In this document: piece by piece, positions 56,946 to 64,000 of the stretch
Layout: each line of letters begins with the position of its first letter
How positions within the stretch are numbered: position 1 is the first letter of the stretch
From: Bacillota bacterium
GTDB lineage: Bacteria > Bacillota > Limnochordia > Limnochordales > ZCTH02-B6
NCBI GenBank assembly: GCA_017578085.2
Contig: PKQR02000002.1
Span: 803 to 64,802, forward strand
DNA length: 64,000 nucleotides
Direction: 5' to 3'
Notes under the pieces: model-generated
What the model was told of the DNA's origin: nothing
Database searches by the model: none
The model's input: only the letters and a program-made list of their open reading frames with translations
Position numbers and translations under genes: made by a program

Positions 56946-57300
56946 GCAGGTGTGACGGATGGCCGCTGGCGGCTTATAACAGCCGCTAGAGGAAAGTCCA
57001 GACTCGGCTGCCGGCACTGCCGGCAGAAAGTTGGTGCCTGCCGCAAGGCAGGGCGGCGCGAGCCGACGGATGCGAAACCGGCCCTCGTGGTCGGGATTAG
57101 CTATAAAAGGGCCATAGAGACGAGTCGCCCCGGCGACGGGGCGGGTGGAACGTGGTAACCCCCACCACCGAGCAACCCCAAATAGGCCCCGCAAGGGGCG
57201 GGTAGGGGGCAGCCTCCCTCAGGGAGGCCGTCCGGTGCAACGCCGGGCGAGATAGATGGCCATCGGAAACAGAATCTGGCTTACGGTCACACCTGCTTAC
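56946..57300 (+). ncRNA. rnpB: RNase P RNA (bacterial, type-A-like)
   Basis: P4 5' strand AGAGGAAAGUCCAGACUCGG (~56988) and P4 3' strand AAACAGAAUCUGGCUUACGG (~57268). P1 pairs GCAGGUGUGAC (56946-56) with GUCACACCUGC (57286-96). P2 pairs GAUGGCC with GGCCAUC. The interior segment GGGUGGAACGUGGUAACCCCCACC..GAGCAA..CCAAAUAGG..GGGUAGG aligns with the E. coli M1 RNA as I remember it. Confidence 0.85.
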
Positions 57301-57319
57301 GCGCACGCTTCCGCTGGCA

Positions 57320-57368
57320 CGCTTCCGCAGGGGCCGACGGCCCCTGCGGAAGCGTGAGTTTTTTGTTT
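57320..57368 (+). terminator. Intrinsic terminator after rnpB
   Basis: A perfect 16-bp stem, CGCTTCCGCAGGGGCC-gac-GGCCCCTGCGGAAGCG, followed by tgagTTTTTTgTTT. It is convergent with the NUDIX gene, which ends at 57399. Confidence 0.8.
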
Positions 57369-57398
57369 CTTCTCCTCCTACTCCCCGGGTTTTTGCTA

Positions 57399-57890
57399 CT
57401 ACTCCCCCGGCGCCAGGTAAAGGACGTACCGAGGCACGCCCTCCGGGCGGTAGGCGTGCTGCGGCACGGCTGTCGCGGCCGCGGTCAGCGCCGTGCGGGC
57501 GATTTCCCGGGACAGCCCCATCACCGGCGCCAGTTCATCAAGCTCGTCACGGGAAACGAACCGGGCATCCAGCAGTTCCCGGCGGTCGATGGCCAGCTCG
57601 CCGCCGACGAATTCCAGCAGGAATATAACAACGAGGTCGCCAGCTCGCTCGCGGATTCCCAACAGTCCCCGGACCCGGCCCACCAGCCCGGTTTCCTCCC
57701 GGAGTTCCCGCTCCACCGCCTCCGCCAGCGTCTCCCCGGGTTTGACGTAGCCCCCAGGGACGAACCAGCAGCCGGCCCCCTTGCCGTAGCGGTTGTTGTA
57801 GGCCTGCTGGACCATGAGGACGCGTCCCTCCCGGACCAGCGCGCCGCACACCCCGACAGACACCGCTTCCGCCCCCTGACCATGGCGCAT
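57399..57890 (-). CDS. NUDIX hydrolase
   Basis: [55 protein letters not shown] (NUDIX box GX5EX7REUXEEXGU). The ORF track start at 57998 would add 36 residues encoded by the structured intergenic element. Confidence 0.8.
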   Translation of the reverse strand: MRHGQGAEAVSVGVCGALVREGRVLMVQQAYNNRYGKGAGCWFVPGGYVKPGETLAEAVERELREETGLVGRVRGLLGIRERAGDLVVIFLLEFVGGELAIDRRELLDARFVSRDELDELAPVMGLSREIARTALTAAATAVPQHAYRPEGVPRYVLYLAPGE

Positions 57891-57891
57891 A

Positions 57892-57996
57892 GCCTGCCCG
57901 CCGGCGGGGAAGCTAACCGGTGCAGCGGTGAGAAATGAACCGCCGTTACTGCACCTGCGGACGCATTCGTAGGCCAGCGTCCACCGGCGGGCAGGC
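57892..57996 (-). promoter_or_regulatory. Unclassified structured RNA candidate (three-way junction) in the apgM-NUDIX intergenic region / NUDIX 5' leader
   Basis: A perfect 13-bp inverted repeat, gcctgcccgccgg (57892-904) / ccggcgggcaggc (57984-96), encloses two hairpins. The first is GGTGCAG(57919-25)/CTGCACC(57949-55) with an inner CGGT/ACCG pair. The second is GGACGC(57959-64)/GCGTCC(57977-82). In the minus-strand RNA the 3' arm ends 1 nt before the NUDIX AUG. I recognise no known riboswitch consensus. Confidence 0.35.
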
Positions 57997-58020
57997 ACCG
58001 TTGCTTTTTTTGCTGCCCGT

Positions 58021-59226
58021 TTAAGCGCCGAATTTCTTCAGCCGCTGGGCGTGGGCCAGGATGAGCCCCATCAGGTCCCGCGATCGCAGCTGGCCCAAGG
58101 TGCCCCGGGCGCAGGCGGTTTCGCCGAAGCCGTCCACCCACGGGTTGGCCCGGGCCGCGCGGGCGGCCAACAGCACCGGCACCGGGTGCCAGCTGTGGCT
58201 CCGCAGGGCAGCCGGCGTCGAGTGGTCCCCCGTCACCACCAGGACATCGGGATTGAGGGCCAGGATCTCCGGCAGTAGCGCGTCGACCGCCTCAATCTCC
58301 CGTACCTTCCGGTCGAAGTCCCCGTCCTCGCCGGCCGCGTCAGTGCCCTTGACGTGGATGAAGAAGAAGTCGAAGTCGTTCCACGCTCGCTTCAGCGCGG
58401 CCACCTGATCGGCGAAGCTCTCGCCCGCCGGCAGCTCCGTCATGCCGACAAGCTTGGCAAGACCCCGGTACATGGGGTAAATGGCCAGCACCGCGGCCCG
58501 CAGCTGGTACAGCTCGGCGAAACTGGGGATCGCCGGCAGCCGGCCGAAGCCCCGCACGAGGATGGTGTTGGCCCGCGGTTCGCCGGCCAGGACGCGGTTG
58601 GCCTCGGCGATGAAGCGGTTCACCAGCTCAGCGGTGACCTCCGCCTCGGGTGCCAGGGCCCTGGCCGGCAGCGGCGGCCGGCCCGTCACCTGCGGGTCGG
58701 TGTCGCTCACATGCTCGGACAATCCTTGGCCGCGCAGGATGGCAACGGCCCGGTACTGCATCTCGGGCTCGATGACGATTTCCACCCCCGGCAGGCGGAT
58801 CTCCCGCAGCTTCTGGCAGAGCCGGGCCGCCTCCTCCGTGGGAATGCGGCCGGCGCGCCGGTCGGTGATGACACCGTTTTCCATGGTGGCGAAGTTGATC
58901 CGAAACGCAACGTCCTCGGGCTTGATGTCAAGCCCGACGCCGACGGCAGACAGCACGCCCCGGCCGATCCGGTACTTGACCGCGTCGTACCCAAACAAGG
59001 CCAGGTGCGCCGGCGCGCTGCCCGGGGTCACCCCCGGCGCGATCGGCGTCAGCAAGCCCAAAGACCCCCGCCGGGCCAGGGCGTCCAAGTTGGGCGTGCG
59101 GGCCGTCTCCAGCTCCGTCAAACCGGTTTCGGGATGGGGCAGACCGCCTAGGCCGTCCATGACCAGCAGCACGATCTTCGTGTCCGCGCCCACGGCTAGC
59201 TCTTTGAGAAGATCGATGGTCTCCAT
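58021..59226 (-). CDS. apgM: Cofactor-independent phosphoglycerate mutase, archaeal-type (ApgM family, alkaline-phosphatase-like metalloenzyme)
   Basis: 401-aa ORF with ..[11 protein letters not shown].., ..[13 protein letters not shown].., ..[17 protein letters not shown].., and ..[10 protein letters not shown]. Confidence 0.85.
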   Translation of the reverse strand: METIDLLKELAVGADTKIVLLVMDGLGGLPHPETGLTELETARTPNLDALARRGSLGLLTPIAPGVTPGSAPAHLALFGYDAVKYRIGRGVLSAVGVGLDIKPEDVAFRINFATMENGVITDRRAGRIPTEEAARLCQKLREIRLPGVEIVIEPEMQYRAVAILRGQGLSEHVSDTDPQVTGRPPLPARALAPEAEVTAELVNRFIAEANRVLAGEPRANTILVRGFGRLPAIPSFAELYQLRAAVLAIYPMYRGLAKLVGMTELPAGESFADQVAALKRAWNDFDFFFIHVKGTDAAGEDGDFDRKVREIEAVDALLPEILALNPDVLVVTGDHSTPAALRSHSWHPVPVLLAARAARANPWVDGFGETACARGTLGQLRSRDLMGLILAHAQRLKKFGA

Positions 59227-59376
59227 GGGAACTCATCCCCCTTTTGGGGTATCATTTCTCCGGCGTCGATGGGAACGCCTGCGGGCCTCTAGACGCTTGC
59301 GACCGTTGCAAAGGACAGTTCTCCGCCTTTGGCGAAATTTTTTTGGTTGGGTTGTCTTGACGAGGAGGACTGGGGA

Positions 59377-62300
59377 TTGCTGCGCTGCCTCTACGTGGTG
59401 GCCGAGGCGCAATTGGTGCACACGTTGCGCCGTGCTGCGGCCCTGCTGGACACCGCGGGCTTCGGTTTGTCCGTGGCCCTTGAAGGGTATACCGTTGAAG
59501 AGCTCACCCACCTGGACAAGGCCACGCTGGAGCGGCAGCTGGCCGCTGCCGACGTTTTCATTGGCTCCATGCTCAACAGCGAGCGGGAGGTGGCCATGCT
59601 GGCGGAGCTGCTGGCCCAGCGGCGGCCGCCGGTGACCGTCGTGTTCACCTCCCAGCCCGAGCTGATGCTGCTCTCACGCTTGGGGGCCTTTGACGCCCAG
59701 GCGTGGGTGCGGGATCCCGGCCGCCTGCACAGCCTGGCGCAGCGCTTGCGCGCAGCCGGTGCGCCGGCGCCCCCTTCCCCTGCGGGTCTCCTGGCCGCGC
59801 TGCCGCGCCTTGTGTCCCGGTTTGGTCCCGATGTGCTGGGGGAGGCTTGGGCGTACGGCCAGGCCGGGGCGTACTGGCTCAACGCGGCGCCGGAAAATTG
59901 GCGCCGGCTGCTCTTGCACTTGGCCAACCACCACCCGGCGTACGCGGGGCGTTTCCAGCCCGAACCGCCCGTTATTTTCCCCGAAGTGGCCCTGTGGCAT
60001 CCCCGGGCCGAGCAGTTTTTTCCCACTTACGAGGCGTACCGGTCGTGGTATGAGCAGTACCGTGGAAGCAAGACGGGCGAGCGCCCGGCGGTGGGCGTCG
60101 TCGTTTTCCGGCAATACGTCACCGGCGGCGCCTGGCGGCACTACGAAGCTGTGATCGCGGCGCTGGAAGCGGAGGGCCTGGACGTGGTGGCGGGCTTTGG
60201 GGGCCTGGACAACCGCCGCCTCATCGACGCCCATTTCCGCCCGGCCGGCATCGAGCTGCTGCTCAACCTGACGGGCTTCAACCTTATCGGGTCCATGGGC
60301 CGGCCGCAGCCGGACCAAGCGGTCGAGCTCCTCAAGGAGCTGGATATCCCGTACCTTGTTCCCTTCCCGCTCCTGTTCCAGACCCGGGCCCAGTGGGAAG
60401 CGGACCCCGTGGGGCTGGCGCCCATGCAGACCGCGTTGCAAGTGGTGCTGCCGGAGCTGGAGGGCGCCACGGAGCCGCGGGTGTTTGCCGCCAAGGGCGA
60501 TGACGGCGACTTTATTCCGGACCCCGAGCGCGTCCAGGCCCTCGCGCGCCGGGTGCGGCGCTGGGTCGATCTGAGGCGCAAATCCCCAGCCGAGCGGCGG
60601 GTGGCGATTACGATTTTCAGCTTCCCGCCCGACAAGGGCAGCGTCGGGAGCGCCGCCTACCTGGACGTCTTCCGCTCCCTTTACAACCTCCTTGCGGCCA
60701 TGGCACAGGAGGGGTACCGCGTCACGGTGCCGCCGGACCCCGAAAGCCTGATGCGCCTTGTGCTCGGGGCCGACGAGGCGCTGCCCGGGGCCCCGACCAT
60801 TGCGGTGGCGGACCGGCTGCCGGTGGACGAGTACCGGCGGCTCGTGCCCCACTGGGAGCGGATCGCGGCCAACTTTGGACCGCCGCCGGGCCTGATCGAC
60901 GCCGATATGCGGGGCCTGCGGATCCGCGGCGCAGCGCTGGGCAACGTCTTCATCGGGGTGCAGCCCGGTTTCGGCTACGAAGGGGATCCCATGCGGCTCC
61001 TGTTCGCGCAGGACGCCACCCCGTCCCACAGCTTCGCCGCCTACTACGCCTACCTCAAGCACGTCTGGCGGGCCGACGTGGTGGTGCACTTCGGCACCCA
61101 TGGGGCGCTAGAGTTTATGCCCGGCAAGCAGTTGGGCCTGACCGCCGCCTGCTGGCCGGACTTCTTGCTTGGGGACATGCCCCACGTGTACTTCTACTCG
61201 ATGAACAATCCCTCCGAGGCCACCATCGCCAAGCGCCGGAGCTATGCGACGACGGTCACGTACCTGTCCCCGCCCTTGCGGGAAGCAGGCCTGTACCGGA
61301 CGCTCTTGTCCCTTGAGGACGCGGTGGCCGCCTGGCGCAGCGCCACAGGGGATGCCCAGCGCCAGCAAGCATGGGAGGCTGTCCGGGCCCTCGCGCGCGA
61401 AGCGCAGCTGGACGCCGACGTGCCCCCGCCGCAAAGCCACGAGTCGGCCGCTGACTATATCAACCGCCTCAGCGCGTACTTGCGCACCCTGGCCGAACGC
61501 CTGATCCCGGTCGGCCTGCACGTGGCGGGCGCGCCCGTATCGGAAACCGAGGCGATGGAGTTCCTGTGGGCGGCGTTGCAACACCCGCGCCCTGAAGACG
61601 GCATGCCCTCGCTCCCGCAGCTTGTGGGCCGGGAGATGGGCCTGGACTGGGACGCGCTCCCGCCCGCCGACCCGCGGCGGGAGGAAATCATCCAGGCAAG
61701 CCGGCGCGTCGCGCAAGACCTCGCGGCGGGCCGCTTCCCACCGCCCGGCGACCCCCGGTCCGAACAACCCGAGTGGCAGGCCCTGGCCCGGTTTGCCGCG
61801 GACTTCCTCGCGCGCCTCGCCGCGAACCGGGAAATCCCCGCGATCTTGGCCGCCATCGCCGGGCGGTACATCCCGCCCGCGCCCGGCGGCGACCCGGCGC
61901 GGGTACCGGCGGCCTTGCCCACCGGCCGCAACCTGCACGCGCTGGACCCGCACCGCATCCCGTCACCGGTGGCGGTCGCCCGGGCGCGGGCCGTGGTGCG
62001 GCAACTGCTCAGCCGCATCAAAGACCGGGACGGCCGCTGGCCGGAAACGATCGCCTGCGTCCTGTGGGGGACGGACAACATCAAGACCCAGGGCGAAGGC
62101 GTCGCGCAGGTGCTGGAGCTCATCGGCGTGCGGGTGCGGCCCGACAGCCTCGGCCGCATGACGCGGCTGGAGCTCATCCCCCTCGAGGAACTTGGCCGGC
62201 CCCGGATCGACGTGGTCATGTCCGTCTCCGGCATTTTCCGGGACATTTTCCCAACCGTCATGGAGCTCCTGGACCGGGCCGTGCAGCTCGCGGCAGCGGC

Positions 62301-63102
62301 CGACGAGGACCCGGACCTAAACTACATCCGCAAGCATGCGCTGGCCATCTCCGCTGAGCGGGGCATCCCGATCCCCCAAGCCGCGCGGCGGGTCTTCAGC
62401 AACGCCCCAGGCCACTACGGCACCGGCGTCAACCACGTGGTGGAGGCGTCCACGTGGGAGAGCAGCGACGATCTAGGGGCCGTGTTCCTGGAGCGCAAGG
62501 CGTATGCCTACGGCGACGGCACGGCCGGGGAGGCCGATCCGGACCTTTTCGCCGCCTGCCTCAAGACATGCACCGCCGTGTTTCAAAACCTGGACTCGAC
62601 GGAGATCGGCCTCGCGGACGTGGACCATTACTACGAATACCTGGGCGGGCTGGCCGCGGCGGCCCGCAAGATCCGGGGCGCGGCGCCGGCGGCGTTCGTG
62701 GCGGATACCGTCACGCCGGACGCCGCGGTGCGAACCCTCGACGAGACCATCCGGCTTGAGGCCCGCACCCGCCTGCTCAACCCGCGTTGGTACGAAGGGA
62801 TGCTGCGCCACGGCTACCAGGGCGTGCACGAAATCGCCACGCGCCTTGACAACACCTTCGGCTGGTCGGCGACGACCGGCGCCGTCGACTCGTGGGTGTA
62901 TACCGCGGCGGCCGACACGTTTCTCCTGGATAACGAGATGCGGGCGCGCCTTTTGCGCTACAACCCCCGGGCCGTGTACCGGATGGCGGCCCGGCTGGCC
63001 GAGGCGCGGGCGCGTGGGTTTTGGCAGGCGGACGACCACCGCTGGGCGAAGTTGCAAGCGATCCTGGCGGACGCGGAAGACCGCGTCGAGGGGGTCGTGT
63101 GA
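59377..63102 (+). CDS. cobN: Cobaltochelatase subunit CobN (CobN/Mg-chelatase H family large subunit)
   Basis: About 1240-aa ORF with CobN-family blocks (..HFGTHGALEFMPGK.., ..PHVYFYSMNNPSEA.., ..LPTGRNLHALDP.., ..WGTDNIKTQGEG.., ..SGIFRD.., ..NLDSTEIGLADVDHYYEYLGG..). I chose TTG 59377, after GAGGAGGA; the ORF track starts at 59329. Confidence 0.9.
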   Translation: MLRCLYVVAEAQLVHTLRRAAALLDTAGFGLSVALEGYTVEELTHLDKATLERQLAAADVFIGSMLNSEREVAMLAELLAQRRPPVTVVFTSQPELMLLSRLGAFDAQAWVRDPGRLHSLAQRLRAAGAPAPPSPAGLLAALPRLVSRFGPDVLGEAWAYGQAGAYWLNAAPENWRRLLLHLANHHPAYAGRFQPEPPVIFPEVALWHPRAEQFFPTYEAYRSWYEQYRGSKTGERPAVGVVVFRQYVTGGAWRHYEAVIAALEAEGLDVVAGFGGLDNRRLIDAHFRPAGIELLLNLTGFNLIGSMGRPQPDQAVELLKELDIPYLVPFPLLFQTRAQWEADPVGLAPMQTALQVVLPELEGATEPRVFAAKGDDGDFIPDPERVQALARRVRRWVDLRRKSPAERRVAITIFSFPPDKGSVGSAAYLDVFRSLYNLLAAMAQEGYRVTVPPDPESLMRLVLGADEALPGAPTIAVADRLPVDEYRRLVPHWERIAANFGPPPGLIDADMRGLRIRGAALGNVFIGVQPGFGYEGDPMRLLFAQDATPSHSFAAYYAYLKHVWRADVVVHFGTHGALEFMPGKQLGLTAACWPDFLLGDMPHVYFYSMNNPSEATIAKRRSYATTVTYLSPPLREAGLYRTLLSLEDAVAAWRSATGDAQRQQAWEAVRALAREAQLDADVPPPQSHESAADYINRLSAYLRTLAERLIPVGLHVAGAPVSETEAMEFLWAALQHPRPEDGMPSLPQLVGREMGLDWDALPPADPRREEIIQASRRVAQDLAAGRFPPPGDPRSEQPEWQALARFAADFLARLAANREIPAILAAIAGRYIPPAPGGDPARVPAALPTGRNLHALDPHRIPSPVAVARARAVVRQLLSRIKDRDGRWPETIACVLWGTDNIKTQGEGVAQVLELIGVRVRPDSLGRMTRLELIPLEELGRPRIDVVMSVSGIFRDIFPTVMELLDRAVQLAAAADEDPDLNYIRKHALAISAERGIPIPQAARRVFSNAPGHYGTGVNHVVEASTWESSDDLGAVFLERKAYAYGDGTAGEADPDLFAACLKTCTAVFQNLDSTEIGLADVDHYYEYLGGLAAAARKIRGAAPAAFVADTVTPDAAVRTLDETIRLEARTRLLNPRWYEGMLRHGYQGVHEIATRLDNTFGWSATTGAVDSWVYTAAADTFLLDNEMRARLLRYNPRAVYRMAARLAEARARGFWQADDHRWAKLQAILADAEDRVEGVV

Positions 63103-64000
63103 ATGCGGCTGCGCACCGCCGCCGCTCTTCAGCCCGTGTATCCCTTCACCGCCATCGTGGGGCAGGACGAGCTGCGCCTAGCCCTGGTGCTAGTGGCCAT
63201 CGACCCGCTCATCGGGGGCGTTTTGGCCATGGGCGACCGGGGCACGGCCAAGTCTACCGCAGTGCGGGGACTGGCGCGCCTTTTGCCGCCGATTCCCGTG
63301 GTGGCGGGCTGTCCTTTCCGCTGCGACCCAGGGCGTCCTGAGGAATGGTGCAGCTTTTGCCGGGAGCGGGCGGCCCAGGGCGGCCTGGAGACCGAATGGC
63401 AGCCGATCCCAGTGGTCGACCTGCCCCTCGGGGCGACGGAGGACCGGGTGACTGGGAGCCTTGACATCGAGGCCGCGCTGACCCGCGGCGAAACCGTCTT
63501 CGCTCCGGGTATTTTGGCCAGGGCTAACCGCGGTTTCCTCTACATCGACGAGGTCAACCTGCTGGACGACCACTTGGTGGATTTGTTGCTGGACGTGGCG
63601 GCCAGCGGCGTCAACGTGGTGGAACGGGAAGGCATCAGCCTCCAGCACCCGGCCCGGTTTGTGCTGGTGGGCTCGGGCAACCCGGAAGAGGGGGACCTGC
63701 GGCCGCAACTGTTGGACCGCTTTGGCCTGTACGTGCAGGTGGCCACCATCACGGACATCGCCCTCCGCGTAGAAATAGTGCGGCGGCGGGATGAGTTTGA
63801 GCGGCGACCGCAGGCCTTCATCGCCCGCTTCTCGACTGCCGAAAGGGATCTGCGGGACCGGATCGCGGCCGCCCGGGAGCGGCTGGACGCGGTGGTGGTT
63901 CCCGACGAAACGGTGGAAGCGGCGGCGCGGCTAGCGGCCGAGCTGGGGCTGTCCGGCCACCGGGGCGAACTGTGCCTGCTGCGCGCGGCCCGCGCCCTGG
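63103..64000 (+). CDS. ChlI/BchI-type AAA+ chelatase ATPase subunit, 5' part (runs off the right window edge)
   Basis: Not in the ORF track (no stop in the window). The ATG at 63103 abuts the cobN stop (TGAATG). The product is [154 protein letters not shown]. It is collinear with Rhodobacter BchI as I recall it. It also contains a CPFRC..(10)..CSFC insert. Confidence 0.9.
   Translation, partial: MRLRTAAALQPVYPFTAIVGQDELRLALVLVAIDPLIGGVLAMGDRGTAKSTAVRGLARLLPPIPVVAGCPFRCDPGRPEEWCSFCRERAAQGGLETEWQPIPVVDLPLGATEDRVTGSLDIEAALTRGETVFAPGILARANRGFLYIDEVNLLDDHLVDLLLDVAASGVNVVEREGISLQHPARFVLVGSGNPEEGDLRPQLLDRFGLYVQVATITDIALRVEIVRRRDEFERRPQAFIARFSTAERDLRDRIAAARERLDAVVVPDETVEAAARLAAELGLSGHRGELCLLRAARAL

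Noticed and set aside
57379-57410. Direct repeat ctactccccggg / ctactcccccgg at the 3' end of the NUDIX gene
   Set aside because: It is short (12 nt) and imperfect, and one copy is simply the last codons plus the stop of the gene. It is most likely a coincidence or a small duplication without evident function.
59227-59376. Search for a cobalamin riboswitch (B12 box) upstream of cobN
   Set aside because: No B12-box-like or conserved core sequence is recognisable by eye in either orientation. This is reported as an absence in the findings rather than as a feature. It needs a covariance-model scan.
59674-61101. 475-aa minus-strand ORF inside cobN (and similar ones at 61108-61953 and 61455-62261)
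   Set aside because: They are antisense to the strongly conserved CobN frame and have a low-complexity R/G/P composition.

Overview
The window is a very GC-rich chromosomal segment (by eye, two-thirds or more G+C) from an endospore-forming Firmicute-like bacterium. I infer a high-GC Clostridia-type lineage such as Symbiobacterium or Thermaerobacter; this was not verified. About 60 genes are present, mostly on the minus strand and almost all housekeeping.

Gene order joins two conserved blocks known from B. subtilis:
- Right to left: comEA-comEC-holA / rpsT / gpr-spoIIP-lepA-hemW-hrcA-grpE-dnaK-dnaJ-prmA-rsmE.
- Then: rpsU-nfeD-floA-yqfC-yqfD-phoH-pgpH-ybeY-dgkA/cdd-era-queA-tgt-yajC-secD-secF-recJ-apt-relA.
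- The right end carries leuS with its T-box leader, a GT4 glycosyltransferase, RNase P RNA, a NUDIX hydrolase, apgM, and cobN plus a ChlI-type chelatase ATPase.

Non-coding elements I can support:
- rnpB, with a type-A-like P4 core.
- A leuS T-box leader with terminator.
- A perfect CIRCE operator in front of hrcA.
- Several sigma-A-like promoters and intrinsic terminators.
- rpsU, the relA 5' part and the chlI 5' part are real genes missing from the ORF track (one is too short, two are open at the window edges).

I saw no CRISPR array, transposase or IS element, prophage, tRNA or rRNA, and no recognisable defence system.

The only accessory-looking stretch is about 23.6-30.4 kb. It holds HIT, tetR-acyl-CoA dehydrogenase, a metallophosphoesterase, tatA, a repeat mini-protein, an S8 protease and a BsuPI-type inhibitor.

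The observations most worth a second look are:
1. A near-perfect 60-bp tandem repeat at 27.09-27.30 kb. It encodes a 97-aa all-basic protein built from V-x-x-[VI]-[FA] pentads and lies divergent from a lipoprotein subtilase/inhibitor pair.
2. A compact 105-nt three-way-junction fold that fills the apgM-NUDIX intergenic region and buries the NUDIX start region.
3. A single stop-free ORF fusing membrane DgkA to cytidine deaminase.
4. Paired ATACC...GGTAT palindromes over the promoter of a CPYC glutaredoxin-like gene.
5. Two unannotated small membrane ORFs.

Many long ORFs in the track are GC-driven antisense artefacts or carry spurious N-terminal extensions. Starts were re-set by hand where an RBS or a neighbouring gene allowed it.
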